Shown piece after piece: positions 39,414 to 52,686 of a DNA stretch of 64,000 nucleotides. The translations under genes and the position numbers were made by a program. Where the stretch lies: NCBI GenBank assembly GCA_030141605.1, contig JAQGDQ010000089.1, positions 434,001 through 498,000 on the forward strand, written 5' to 3'. This DNA is from Tubiluchus corallicola. Taxonomy: Eukaryota > Animalia > Priapulida. Below the pieces are notes generated by a model that saw nothing but the letters and a program-made list of their open reading frames with translations, did not search any database and had not been told where the DNA came from. Numbering within the stretch: the stretch's first letter is position 1; every line of letters begins with the position of its first letter.

Positions 39414-39909
39414 CAGTGGCCGCCGCTTATTATGGACACGGTTATTGTGGACAGCCGGTTATTGTGGACAACTCGCGAGGGACGGAATTTTCCCCTAATA
39501 AAATCCGCCGGTTAATATGGACAACCGCCGCTTAATATGGACAGCGAACATTCTTGGCAGGTGAACCAGCCGTGCCAACCACGGCCTGCGCGCGTGATTG
39601 AAAAGAGCTTCCCGCTCTGCTGCCTGTGTGAGTCATTGCATCAGTCAGTTCGCCGTTTGCCGTGGCCTTGAGAGCTTCGAAACTGTGATAACTTCCTTCC
39701 GTTCAAGGTTGACAGAAAAGTTTCCTGCCAAACAAACTCGTTTGACTTCTTTTTTTCAATAAAACAGGAGACGAGTTGATACAGACAGTTTTTTGCCTTT
39801 TTTAATGAAGGGGAAGGGTCTTCATGGGTCACTTCGCTTAATATGGACAGCCGCTTAACATGGACATACACTGCTGGCCCGAGGTGTCCACAATAAGCGG
39901 CGGCCACTG
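39414..39909. mobile_element. Tc1/mariner (pogo/Tigger-like) MITE
   Basis: TIRs CAGTGGCCGCCGCTTATT(A/G)TGGACAC, TA TSD on both sides, subterminal TGGACA repeats. Confidence 0.92.
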
Positions 39910-40710
39910 TATTACTTGTCTAGTTTTACTATATTAGTAATTAATTTTTGTAACAGCAAATAGCATACTTTTCATACTTTTTACAATGACAATAATGTTC
40001 ACAATATACTAATACAGAATTAGGTGTAATTTTGTGTCAATAGTGCAGTAGTACCATCTAAATGGCATTCAGCTGACTGTAACTTACTTACATAATTGTT
40101 TAATGGAGAACTTATGTAGTGCTATTTCTACGTGCTATTCCTTCACAAGCAGATTTAAATTAACAACATGACATTTATTTATAAGTAAGGTAATTCCTTG
40201 TTGTTTTTTTAGTCTGAAGCCATGTAGTATACTGTTTTTGGTAGGAAAACATATCTTTCAAGGAAGCCATTTACTGCGTTGCTTTGTTTAGAGTTAGATG
40301 TTGATGGCTTTATTTTCAGAGCAAAAAACTGACTCAGAAATTGATTTGTTAAGAGCAAGAAAGGTTGAATAAGTTTTGTGATAAGTAAAATGAAACTCGT
40401 GTTTGAAAAACTTAATGCACTTTTTGGCCAAGGTTTGCTTGTGCAAATGTCATACAAGTGCATTGAAATTTCTACTTGTTGTAGATGCTGTTTTACTCAT
40501 TGCAGTAATAGTACAGTGCTTATGAGTCTGTTTGTCTGTTTTATTTGTTAGCAATTCTGCCTGCTCCAGCTGTGATAGAATCGCCACATTTTCCATTTAC
40601 TCTTTTAAATAAAATTATGTGGTGAAGTAAATCTTGTGTAATTCCATTTTTGTAAATGTTTTAGCTGAACTATAGTTAGTTATTGATAATAAACGGGTTG
40701 TTCATTTCAG

Positions 40711-40840
40711 TGGGACTTGGAGTCGTGGAAGTTTAAGGACGGGACTCAGCTATTGCTGTTTTGTAAGGGCACAGGTGGCGCTCTGCGCATCATGGATACT
40801 GGGACAGTTGATGCTGTAATCAAATATGAGAACAAAACAG
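40711..40840 (+). CDS. RP1: RP1-like exon: beta-trefoil-like domain 1 part a (WDLESWKFKDGTQLLLFCKGTGGALRIMDTGTVDA)
   Basis: TTTCAG/GTAGCT, phase 0->1. Confidence 0.85.
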
Positions 40841-42269
40841 GTAGCTGTCAAATAGCACTTTCTGAAGTATATTAGTCTTCTTATTTCCATATAATCTTTA
40901 ATTTGCTAATTTTTCCTATTTTTTGGTTACTTGCTTGTGAAGTTTGTGTAATATATGTTTTGATGTTTATTTAAGTACTAGCAAAGGTCCTGCAAAAAAC
41001 TTTACATGTAAATCCACTTATAATCAGTAATGCGTGAACGTCCTACATAGTGTGCATATATTTACCTAACGCAAAGCCAGCAGCAGCTTTTACTGAATTA
41101 AAGTTATAGGCAGAGTAGAATGGAATGACGTCAGAACAATGTAAACATCACTGTAGCTTCTAAGCGAGAATTGCAAAAATGGAACTTCCTCTTGGTGGAG
41201 GCAACCCAAAAAGTGATCTACATTGCTGCATAGCCATTCAGCCTTCTAAATTTTGCACAAAAATGCTTGAATGTGCAAGGAGTAAATGTACAAAACTTTG
41301 TGGAGTAATGGAGCATAAGTACAAGGAAGAACCTATTAGATTTTGGCAACGATTGAAACATTTGTTTCCCTGATGACCAAGTAGCTTATCGAGTAGCTTA
41401 TTGAACGTTGTCACATTCCGGGCTGGTTCTTTCTAAAGACTGATCTTTATCAATTATTACGTACAGTACAGTCCTTATTGCTTCTAGTACTTTTATATAA
41501 ATCTTATGCATGTAACCAGAGATGATTCTTAACGACAAGAATAGGTAGCATGCTGTCTGGTGATAGTGCGCACCTAAGCATCGATGCCAATTTACTGCTT
41601 TAGAACAGATCGTTCATTTATTCATACTGATACAAGGATACAATTAATAAAAATCCTAGAATAAAGAACGGGAGAGGCATGTCTGTCGTGTCCTTTCTTC
41701 TTTTTGTAGGATTTTTGCATTACTCGTTTCCTATGTAATCTTTTAAACAGTTCAGTTTTGCAGTGATGCAAGTCTCGTTCTCATCATTCTTCATGTGTTA
41801 AAGTTTTCATCCACTTTAGTATCCTGGTGTTGCAATGGAGAAATTTTTATTCGAAATTTTAAGAGTGCATACACACACAGTAATATTGACACAACAAAAT
41901 TGTACAATCTTCATATTACTTACAGACACTTAATACTATTGTGAAATATTCAGTCATGGGTAATATAATTGACAATAATATTTAGTGTGTGTATGGCTGT
42001 ACGGCTACTTACGATAAAACTTATAATATGATGGCGCTAACTATTATCCAGGCAGATGACCGCTTTGCATTCTGGGTTAGTTTGTTAATGTGGTGTGCAT
42101 ATATAGGTAAGCATGTATGTGCATATAGAACAGTTATATATATAATTATGTTCTGCTACAGTGTTCTGACAGTCTGTTAATTCACTACGATTAAGCTTGT
42201 GGCACATCCTTCTATTCTCTTTACATTTGAATTTTTCATCTTAACTGAAAATTATTACATCTGTTTCAG

Positions 42270-42391
42270 ATTTGTCTTCTGCCATTATCTGTGTTCACAA
42301 AGCGGGCTCAGCTGATAATATTGCAATGTTTAGCAGTGCGGAGAACAGTCATAACTATCTTACAGTAGATGATGGCAAGGTTTATGGATTG
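42270..42391 (+). CDS. RP1: RP1-like exon: trefoil 1 part b (NIAMFSSAENSHNYLTVDDGKVYGL)
   Basis: TTTCAG/GTAGGT, phase 1->0. Confidence 0.85.
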
Positions 42392-43485
42392 GTAGGTTTT
42401 TTAACTGCTCAGGTTAATCCCAGCATCAGTGCATTAGTTTAATTTAATGCAGTTGCTTTGGTATTATCATTTTAAATGTTGTCTGGATGTGATTTTTACT
42501 ACTGCAGTAAGCCTTTTCACAGTTTTGCTATGCACATGCGCAGGTGCTGTAGGTCAAAGGTTAAGTGAACCCAGCACGTCTTACTTAATTACAACCGTCA
42601 TGACCTTATGCACGTAACTACATGTAGGTGTAATGAGTGAAATAATATTTCTATAATAGTGTATAGTTGTAAACTAAGAAGTTGTTCTTATCCAAAAAAG
42701 CTACCAAAATAGCAGCAGCAATCCAAGTAAAATGAAATAAATGAAGCAAAAATTAACGCTAAGAACTGTTACTAATAGCATTGATTTCGAGGCAAAATGT
42801 AAACAAATGCGTTACTTGGTTCAGATAACATTGTGAGGCGTACTTAACTTTTGACCTTTTCACAATCATGATCAACTGCTGGAACTGTCAAAAGGCTTAT
42901 AACGTTAACAGAACAACTGTTATGGAATGGTTTAGTCAGAATTCAGTGTAGTACACTTAGTACCATTGTTTCAGTACAGTAATTTTGTTACAATAAGCCT
43001 TTTCAGTGTTCTGCTATGCACACACATAGTTGCAATGTAGATCAAAGATTATCTGTACCTTTAGATTAGTGTCTGCAGGCACCAATCTATAAGTACTATC
43101 AAGTGACTGAAATGCAAAGGCTGTTGAAATTTCAATTGTACAACTCGTAGTTGATAAAAATACATTAAATTTTTTGACTGAGAACACGTAAATCTAACAT
43201 ATTGCCTATCAAAGAAGCAGTCGGTGTAAATACGACAGCTTTTCAAAGGCAACAACAACAAAAGTGTTGTCAACGCACACAAACCTCCACAGTTGCTGAC
43301 CTTGCTAGGTATAAGCAACCTTTAACCTTCACATGATCACCATCAATCGACGGAACTCTGAAAAAGCTTATTGTTTCCACACGATTCAGCGATTGTTTCA
43401 CAACAGAGTTTTTCAGCGCGATTGTTGTACATCCTTTTTCATTTTATCACTAGCAATAATGTTACTGAATTTTTCGTTGTTTTAG

Positions 43486-43665
43486 GGCAAGGGAGATGAA
43501 CACTGTGAATTTGTCATACACGTTCAAACAGATCGCAGCATTCTTCTTGAATCTGTTGTGTATCCATCTCAGTATATTACTATGATGCCATCAGTAGATG
43601 ATGGTGTGCCCGATCCAGATGAGTTAGCCTTTCATAAGAGCAGACAATTTCATGTTTACATTAAG
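43486..43665 (+). CDS. RP1: RP1-like exon: trefoil 1 part c (GKGDEHCEFVIHVQTDRSILLESVVYPSQYI)
   Basis: TTTTAG/GTAAAA, phase 0->0; FGF-like 'C.F......LES' pattern. Confidence 0.87.
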
Positions 43666-44446
43666 GTAAAAACGTGAATTGCAGTCAATTGGCTACAGTA
43701 ACCTAATAGAGTTAGAATATAGAAGAATTTAATCCATTAGTAAAACAGGTGATTAACACTTGTGAAATTTAAGATGTTTTTTGAGTCATTGAGTAACATG
43801 AGTTGTGGAATACTGTGAAAGTAGGTTTTTATTAGGTCTTTTTTGCAACTCTTCTAAATACATGTTCACAATGTTTAAAGATCAAACAGAATAGTTGAAA
43901 GATATGGAACTTTAACTCATGTCTATGTCATTATGAGATGCTTTAATTCTGTTTTCAAAATTATTGCACTGGGCTGGCTTGATCAGTTTGTCCCATGCAG
44001 AATAAACGAGAGAAACTTAAAAAGAAGAATTTTTAATAGCTTTTTAGGAAGAATAACTATGGAATGTGATTGTTTTATTTTAAACATATTTTTGTACAAA
44101 ATGCTTGGAAAATTAACACTGATTAGCAAATTACTGTGGCCTTTTGATTTTAATTATTTTTTACTATCTGTGCAACACTGTAAGTCGCTTTTTTAACTGT
44201 AATGTGTGTGGTTTTAATAAACTTATTTACTAACAACTTACATTAACTAGTTAAGTAAATAATTAAGTAATTAGTTTGTTGAGACCAATGCAGTGATTTG
44301 TTTATAGTTTAATTAATATTCAAAGTATACTTGCCACTACAATTTTCACAACAATGATTTTTTCCACAAGAAACTAACTATATCAATGTGGATGTGAGTA
44401 TATTTTTTATTTCCTGTTGGTGTTAATGTGGTGTTTATTTACATAG

Positions 44447-44662
44447 GGAATGTTTAGGGACAATGGCGTGGTGAAATTTTATTCATCACGTCATCATGCA
44501 TTGACTGTTGACAGCTCAGGGTCTGTCTCAGCTACGTCCAGCCATGATAAGGACACCCATTTTCGAGTGGTCAAAGTGTCCGAGAAAGGAGTTCGAATGT
44601 TTCGTAGCATTGCATATCCGACTAGATACTTACAAATATCAAATGGGCTTTGTGATGTTAAG
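44447..44662 (+). CDS. RP1: RP1-like exon: trefoil 2 part a (GMFRDNGVVKFYS...VRMFRSIAYPTRYLQISNG)
   Basis: CATAG/GTAGGA, phase 0->0. Confidence 0.88.
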
Positions 44663-45026
44663 GTAGGAATTTATAAAATGTCTGACAGTTGATTTTTGTA
44701 GAATTTTTTGCATGGTTTTATGTCTGGCCAGCACCAGCTACTGTACCAGCTATGAACTTATGTGAGGAAAATTAAAAAAGGTTTAATTTAGTTACATTCA
44801 AACCTGTTTATCATAGATTTGGTTTATCGTGATTGCGTACAATTGTATTAGCTTTCAAGTCCTGATGAGGTTCCATGCTTATATAGTTAGCCACATAGCA
44901 TGTAAATTTTCGTTTATTCCATGGCAATTTCAATGGACTCCAGAAGTATCAGTTAAGCAGCAGCTGAATACGTGCATTCACAAGTGTATTCACAACTGTT
45001 ATTCTTAGAGTAAAAATTTTTGGCTC

Positions 45027-45170
45027 AAGTTTACAATTCTCTCTCAGAAGAAATTTGTTCGTGAAGTGGATTAGGATTAGGATTAGGGTTAGAGTTGGGT
45101 TGGGATTAGGGTTAGGGTTAGGGTTGGAGTTAGGATTAGGCTATTTAAATTGTCTGAGGAATTGTAAACT
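45027..45170. mobile_element. Short element with internal (TTAGGG)n-like tract; copy of 12067-12189
   Basis: Terminal AGTTTACAATTC / GAATTGTAAACT inverted repeat enclosing TTAGGA/TTAGGG hexamers. Confidence 0.7.
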
Positions 45171-45513
45171 CCTTCCAAATTCTTCTTTTTGTTAACTCGG
45201 AAATGAGAGGCACAGTCCTTCCCGCCCATTTTGTCAAAATTATTAGAGTGTCACGTGATATTTTTGAACTTTGTAGATCATAATTTTCTTTAAGCACACT
45301 AAATTAACGGCTTATCATCGTAAGTCAGTGTTTTCTGTATATTGAATTTTTTAGGCATTTGCTTAACTTTCTCATAACAATGTAAATGTAAGATAATTTT
45401 TGTCATTTAACTTTGAGAATTTTCCTAATGTTGTAGTTAATACACTACTTCATTGATTTAGGAGACTAGTCCTGATGCTTGTTAGTTTAAACATTTTTAT
45501 TTTACAATCTTTG

Positions 45514-45668
45514 AGCATGCATTCGGTGGTTTTAAGTAAGTTACTGTACAAAAACGTTGTTGCCGTTGTGTATCTATAGGCACTGAAATTGGGCATGCAT
45601 TTGGTGGTTTTAAGCAAGTTGCTGTACAAAAACATTGTTGCCCTTATGTGTCTCTAGACACTGAAATA
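45514..45668. repeat. ~79-bp tandem duplication
   Basis: GCATGCATT.GGTGGTTTTAAG.AAGTT.CTGTACAAAAAC...CACTGAAAT occurs twice. Confidence 0.8.
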
Positions 45669-45760
45669 TTGCAGTATATATGGAGTATATTACCAGTTTT
45701 TCAAATTGTAACACTGCAAAATGAGATTCATGATAAATGTTAATTCTATAATCGTTTTAG

Positions 45761-45938
45761 GGTACTGGTGATGAAACGTGCCAGTTCATGATAGACAAGA
45801 TGCCGTCGAAGGGTTACGTCATGCTGCAGTCAGCAAAAATACGTGGCATGTACGTTGCTGTCCGTCCTAATGGTGCCGTGTTTTGTAGCGCAGATAAGAG
45901 CCGTAACAATATAAGGTTCTATGTAGAGGTGATCAAAT
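45761..45938 (+). CDS. RP1: RP1-like exon: trefoil 2 part b (GTGDETCQFMI..GYVMLQSAKIRGMYVAVRPNG)
   Basis: TTTTAG/GTAAGT, phase 0->1. Confidence 0.9.
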
Positions 45939-46371
45939 GTAAGTATGGCGATTGTGTACTTGGCAATTTGTACAAAATCTTAGATACTTAGGATTCTGAA
46001 CAGAAAAAGTTGTCGTAAAATAAATGAGCAAACTAACTAACTGACAAACAAACAAATAAATAGACAAACATACGAACAAATTAAAGAATTTAATTATTTT
46101 ACAAAATAAATATTGTTTAAGTAAGTTGTACATTTTCATTCATTGTCAAATTTTATTTTAAGAAATTAAATGCAGTTTTCCTCTCTTTTTTGATAAGTTC
46201 TGCCTTTACTGATTTGTCAAAATGGAATTTATTGCCGACAGTTTCGAACAAAATTGTTCATTATCAAGACGTCTAAAACAAAGAAGAATATGTTCGATCC
46301 TGGTTGGCAATAAATTCCATTTTGATGAAGTTACATTTATTTGCCAAATATGAATAATTTTAATGTTTTAG

Positions 46372-46713
46372 TTGGTAAATCAGGGGTGTCAAGGAGCAAT
46401 AAATCCAGTGCAAAGCTGACTTCCGCGCCAGCTGTCAATGCACCATCTCCACCTGTGGAGAAAGATGTTGAACCAATCAAAGAAAAGCCAACAGTGCCAA
46501 CAGTAGAAGCCGTTGATACGACCGACACGTCAGCAAAGGATTCCACAGCTCCAGAGCAAGCACAGATAGCAATACCAAATGTGGATATTGAGCCTGATCC
46601 AACTCCACTCAATTCTCCAATAGAAGAAGGCATGGCCGGGGCTTTGGGAGCAGATTTGGGAGCCGTGGGGCCCAAACTTCGAATGAGTCTTGGTCCTCGC
46701 CAGTTGTCCCTTG
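46372..46713 (+). CDS. RP1: RP1-like exon: P/E/T-rich disordered linker
   Basis: TTTTAG/GTAATT, phase 1->1, open frame. Confidence 0.8.
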
Positions 46714-47568
46714 GTAATTGTTTGCACAGCTTGTTTATAACAATATGCAGCTTATTTGGTTTACTGGTTAATTATATTTCCGTTGCCTGGGTAACGTAAT
46801 TACTGTAGCTGTAGTTATCGATGATTTCTTGTGTTGCCTGTTGTTCTGCTAATTTGCGTTAGCAAAGATTTGTTCTGTGACGCTCACATTTCAATTAGCG
46901 GTGACTGTAAAGATCTTTGTGGATTTTTTCATCTTTGTTTAGCAGTATGCCATTGACAACATGATTTCATTTTATCACCATGACTTTATCTCGCGTTTTT
47001 TTTTTGTAAAGTGTAAATTGGTTCTGTCTTCTGCATCACGTAAACTGCAAATAGAGACAGAACATAGCTGGAGTATAAGAAAAGAGTGTTTGGCAAGTTC
47101 TACTGTACATTGCGTCAAGACATAAATTTCATGTCTTGTATGTGCATTTCTTGATTGCCAGTATGTTTGACATTATAGTAGTGTGATAACAATGAAATCA
47201 TGCTTTTATCCTTATTGCTTTTTGACAATCATTTCTCACGCAAAGTCAACAAGTGAATGCAATGAAAGGCTTATCTCCAGTGGGTGACCCAAAACAGTTT
47301 TAAGTAGACCAACAATTTGATCAAATAAACGAGTTTGGGGACAGAAAAATATCAAACCAAGTTTTACAGGTGGGACCTTACAAATATCATGGATTGAACC
47401 TAAAGACAACGATAATATTAATATTAATTTACTAAAACGTATTAGAAATAGCATTTAACATCTCCTTACTCATTGCAGTCAGTGTTGACAAATGCTTCTA
47501 CTGGTGCCGCCACCTGTACTAGGTGGTGGCGTCAGTAGTGAAATTGCTCTTATCTCTTATGTGCACAG

Positions 47569-47661
47569 GGGTGGATGAGGAATCGCAGCGTCCGCACAGT
47601 CCCTTTCCTGCACATTTGATGCAGGATTTAGAACATGTCAAATCACCACCTGTTGATCAAG
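47569..47661 (+). CDS. RP1: RP1-like exon: linker (VDEESQRPHSPFPAHLMQDLEHVKSPPVDQ)
   Basis: GCACAG/GTAACA, symmetric phase 1->1. Confidence 0.7.
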
Positions 47662-49068
47662 GTAACAGGGTGTTGTCGTCGCATGACGTGACTTGCCACT
47701 GCGTGTTGTTGCTTGCATTTGTAATCGATGTATCATCTCGAAACCTGAAAACCTTCACCGTTGTGTAGAATTTTTAATTATCGGAATCGAGCTGGGTTCA
47801 GCTGTGATGTGTCACTTGTGTCAGCTGTTAGCTGTAATGTCTTGGCCTAATTCTGAGCAACAAAAAAGTCACAGTAGAAGAACATTCGGTTTCTGTATTA
47901 CTGTACTGTACAGGGGCGTCTTTTGCTTCAATGCTGTTAATCTGTCAGTTAATCTGTAAGGAAATTGATATACGTTTGTGTCTTTGATGTATTCAATATC
48001 CGAACTGGAGCCACTCTTGAGATTAGGCTTTGATCACGCAACCATGGAAACACAGTCAGTTCATTTGGAATAGCAATTCATATTAAAATTTTGTATCACC
48101 TACATGCCGGCTTAATGCTGTAGCAGAGAGATTTTATTAGCAGCAATGTTATACGAACCTTAAAAGTTTTAGCTCTGCGATGACTATTTGGTGCAGCCAT
48201 TTTGACAGTCGGTCACCTGCAACAAGTTTAGATAACATCACGTAAAGTTTGAAGAAATAATCAGAGCATTTGTGGCACGCTCTTCATTGACTAAGCAAAA
48301 GTTAAAAATACTGTATCTTGTCAAGAATATCGATAATGGGTAGTCAGTGATTCAGTGGTGCACACTGGGAAGGTGAGTCAGTGACGTTTTAACGGCTGGC
48401 ACAAACATTTTAAATTACTAAAAGAATTTTCTTTTCTAGTTACATAAGTCTTTAAAATAGATTAATTATAAAATAGTCTTTATAATTAATAAATAGACAC
48501 TTTAAAATTGCCTTTTCTTCCTCTTTAAAGAATTATATGGGATTGCTTATTTTTGGCTTACATGGTATTTCTTGGTTATTCTGCTGCGTCATAGCTTTTA
48601 GGTATGGGAAGTTGCCATACTGCTCCAGTTTTTCTCCAGAGCTGGTTTTCTGTGGCACTTTTTCTAACTGCAACTATTGTGAGATTTGATTCTAAACCAC
48701 CACTTTTTTCTAAGTTCTTCGTTGTTGCACTGTAGCATGCTCTTAGCTTACTTGTAATTATTGATCTTCTGTGTAATTTTAATTAGCAGAAGAAGTGTCT
48801 TTACTCATTCAGTTGCACATTGAGTTGCTGATTTACTTAAAAATTATTTTGCTTTTCCGTTTGATTTGCTTTGAGGCAAGAAAAGCAAAATTTTCATTAT
48901 TACCTGTTAATGAGTGCAGTAGCTTGAATGAAATGACTGGTTTATAATGATATGTAAGTAAAGTTATTTTAACGTTTCTTTTCATTTAATGTTTTAAGTT
49001 TGGTCTATTTGAATGTATTTTTGTGCTTTGCAGCTTTGGTTTTCAATGTATGTTGTTTTTTAATGTAG

Positions 49069-49238
49069 ACGAAGAGTACAATGTCTATGTAAAAACGGCT
49101 GCTGATTCACATGAGTGCGCTGAACCGTATGTTTACCTGACAGCTTACAGCGAATTGACCTGCTCAGATGAATTTCAGCTTACAGTTGATGGTCAGAATG
49201 CCGGAATATTTAAACCTGGTGCTGAAGATTTGTTTGAG
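49069..49238 (+). CDS. RP1: RP1-like exon: PLAT3 part a
   Basis: TGTAG/GTTAGT, phase 1->0; YNVYVKT..FKPGAEDLFE. Confidence 0.88.
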
Positions 49239-50060
49239 GTTAGTCACCAAACCGCAAATTAATGTATTCTGCCAGAAACTTTATCTTCTTTGCTCTTAAT
49301 TAGTTGGGCTTCGTATAATTGCGAAGAATCCTTGCAGTGCAATTTTGATAACTTGTATGCTTCCACTGACCTTCCAGTGAATCCAGTCAACATCAGTTCC
49401 GTGAATCTATGACATAAAATCTCTACCATATTGTCTGGTAATGCATCATTTAATTATGATCAAATGTATTTAACTTATCTCAGAATTTATTGGTGCTACT
49501 AAAAGATTTCCCGGCCGTAAAATTGCATGCAAATCAATCTAATAATATGATTGAAAGTAGCGCCTACTAAAACAAAATAAAATAATAAACAAACTCATAT
49601 GGAGACTAAAAATGCGATTATCCAAGACTTAAACTGCAAAAGTAATATTAAATTTGAAACTAAAACAAGAAGATCAATTTTATAAGAATCTCCTTTCCTG
49701 TTAGCTAGTGTCAAGTCTCTGCCGTTAGTATGACCTTTCATATATGGAACTTCTGAAGAGAAAAACTCTGCCAGTTTTACATGAGTCTTAATGATTTTGT
49801 TGATAGGTTAATATATAATATTGTTAGCGACATTTCGTTTTCCTTATTATTGTTATGCTGCCTTATTTGCTACAAGTTGTTAAAACAATCTAAAGGAAAG
49901 GAATTTACACCTGTTGTTTGTTGAACTAAAGCACATAGTAGAATATTATAATTTCTTGTCTAACACGGTTACAAGGACAGAACTTACACAACTAATGCAT
50001 GCAAATGGTTTAAGTAATACACTCTGTAACACAATCCTATTGATTTGTATATTTGTTTAG

Positions 50061-50150
50061 ATTGAGTTACATGATGTGCATCCGATAGTGAAGCTGAGGT
50101 TGCGGCTTGGTGAAGGTCAGGATCAATGGCAAGGTTGGCACGTAGAACAG
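50061..50150 (+). CDS. RP1: RP1-like exon: PLAT3 part b (IELHDVHPIVKLRLRLGEGQDQWQGWHVEQ)
   Basis: TTTAG/GTATGC, phase 0->0. Confidence 0.88.
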
Positions 50151-50746
50151 GTATGCATTAATGACATTATCTGCCCAACAGGTATGCACTGATGATATTA
50201 TCTGCCCGAGAGGTATACACTAATGAAATTACCTGCATGAAACATTTATTATAAATTGAATTTTACTTCAAAATGTCACATAGTGCATGTTCTCAGTGTA
50301 TCTTGACAGAATAGCATGCATTAGATATTTGTACATCTTGTCAGAATGTTCACTGCTGATAAATTAACTTAAGTGGACAGTATTATGCACTTTTTCCACA
50401 TACTTAGGCCCATCTTTGTCATACATGTTCGAAACTGCTTTTGTGGGTTTACGGTTATGTTGTGATATCTGTCTGAACACCAGCAAATATACAGTGTTGG
50501 TAATAGTATATTTTTCATGAGGTGATGACATCTACTGACAAGAAAAAACGTCATCATCTGGTGTCCCTTTAAACAGTTACTAAATGAATTGTCTTTATCT
50601 TAAATTACATTTCTGTTTTATGTTACATTTGCAACAATGACTCTTGGATGGTGTTGTATGTATTTTGCTTAAGTGAAGTTGATAATGTGTCATCATATTT
50701 AAATGACATGCACTGGTGATGGATTTTAACTGCATCTTAATTACAG

Positions 50747-50888
50747 GTGATATTAAAGAACAAGAGCACAGGTGATAGTTGTACGTTTGAGTTTGACAAA
50801 TGGTTGTCGTCCCAGACTGACGGAGAAATGACAGCGGAAGCTGAAATAGAGCAGTTTGAAGGTGACATGAAGGTTGTATCTAATGGAG
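50747..50888 (+). CDS. RP1: RP1-like exon: PLAT3 part c (VILKN..FEFDKWLSSQTDGE)
   Basis: TTACAG/GTGAGC, phase 0->1. Confidence 0.88.
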
Positions 50889-52686
50889 GTGAGCAGTATG
50901 CATTGCATGCGTATAATGCTCTTTTGTGATTTGATTTCTATAAGAAATTGACTTTGTAATGTTGTACTAATAAGTCATATTCGAGAAAGAAAAGTGCCAG
51001 ATTTTACCTTTCATTATTTGCATGGGTTTTATTCACTATAATTTCTTGGAGGATAAATTGTGTTTGAATGAACATGACTGTTTACAATTTGGCGTAATGT
51101 ACCTGGGCATGTAGTACAGGACGAAGTATGAGTGAGAATTTTCTTGAAAATTTTATTCCAATTTATTTTGTAAGAAAGAAGGCTAATTGAAGCTGTAAAC
51201 TTTAGTTCTAAATCTTTTTTATACAGTCAAAACACATCGCAAGCCAACATCTAGTGCTCAGTTGCATGGCCTACTTAAAGGAAATCCGAACCCAATCTTA
51301 AACTATCGCTCAAAACAGTCTACCTACAAAATATCGAAACACCATTTTTTCAAGAATGACTTAAGTGAAAGAATTATTGCCGTAGAAACGCAATTTCACG
51401 TTGGTGCGACTAGTTCTTCACTGTACATGTATTTTTCCATTTGCTGGTTAGACTGGCACTAGCACCTACATCTCAAAAACACATTGCACAAAAAAAGGTG
51501 CTGTATGTCTCAGTTCAGAAGTATTTGGTTGTGATGTAGTACACATGTTCGATACCTCATGCGTGAACAAAGCAGTAAACTTGAAATGTGAATGTAAAAC
51601 CTAAAATTTTTCGAGTTTTTGTATATTGCACTGAATGTTTTAGAGTAACACTGTACTTCCATTTTCGCTTTCGCAAACACATGCAACATACTCATGGAAT
51701 GTTTTTGCTTCATTCAATTGCTTCACACAATTGTGATGTCATCACTAGTTGGACTTGTCTGATATTAATTAAGTTTTTAGTCATGATCGCTTTGGTATTA
51801 TTAAAATGCATATTTTAACAGTATTTCAAAATGGGATGAGATAAGAAAAATAAAATCATTCTGTTTTCTTTTAATTTAAATGCAGTAGGGGCCACTTAAT
51901 AGGCTCACTTTGTGATGGAAATGTTTTGACCCAATTAACCAACTGTATCTACTCGCCGAGGGGTGTAGTGCTACTACTATAGAAGTATGAGTTATCACTC
52001 TACGGCTTGCTTTTATTTGCTTGTTTATTAGGCAAAAATGCAAAGTATGCACTGTAAAGGCTGCAAAAGCTTTAAATGTTAGGTCTTGATGCTTATGTTC
52101 TATTTTTCAAAATTAACTCTATGTTCTTAGTTGCTCTATGAAGCTTATGTTTGTAAATTTGCAAAGAATACTTTTTGCTAGAGGATGTGCTCCATCAGAC
52201 AGATGTTGTAGTCTAAGGGGTAGTGTAGCTGTGATTTTTTTTATGCATACAGTTATCTTTGGGTATGTAAAGGTATGTTATGTAAAACAGCTTTTAAAAT
52301 AAAATGATTCAACATTAAATGTGAGTTCAGACTGGGTTGGCCGAAAGGCTGTATTTACATCCGAATGTGTTTAAGACACCCTTGCTGGTTCAGTGGCTTA
52401 TCTTAGAAGCTTAGCTTTGGTAAAGGGCCAGGTTCTGGCAGTCACAAATATCTCATTGAGCAGACTCTGACTTTGTATGCAGGATTTCGGCTTGCGCTCT
52501 GAGGAATTACATAAACAAAGGATTTTTTTCACTAGACCAACATCATCAGGCAACTAACGATGCTACTTGGTCTTTTGAAAACAGTCCTATTTTTTTACTA
52601 ACAATCACTTCTTAAAATGTGGATTTTTGTTCAAGTATATTTTTAGCTTTTGGAATTTTGATCATTTTTTGTTATTTTGAATTCAG

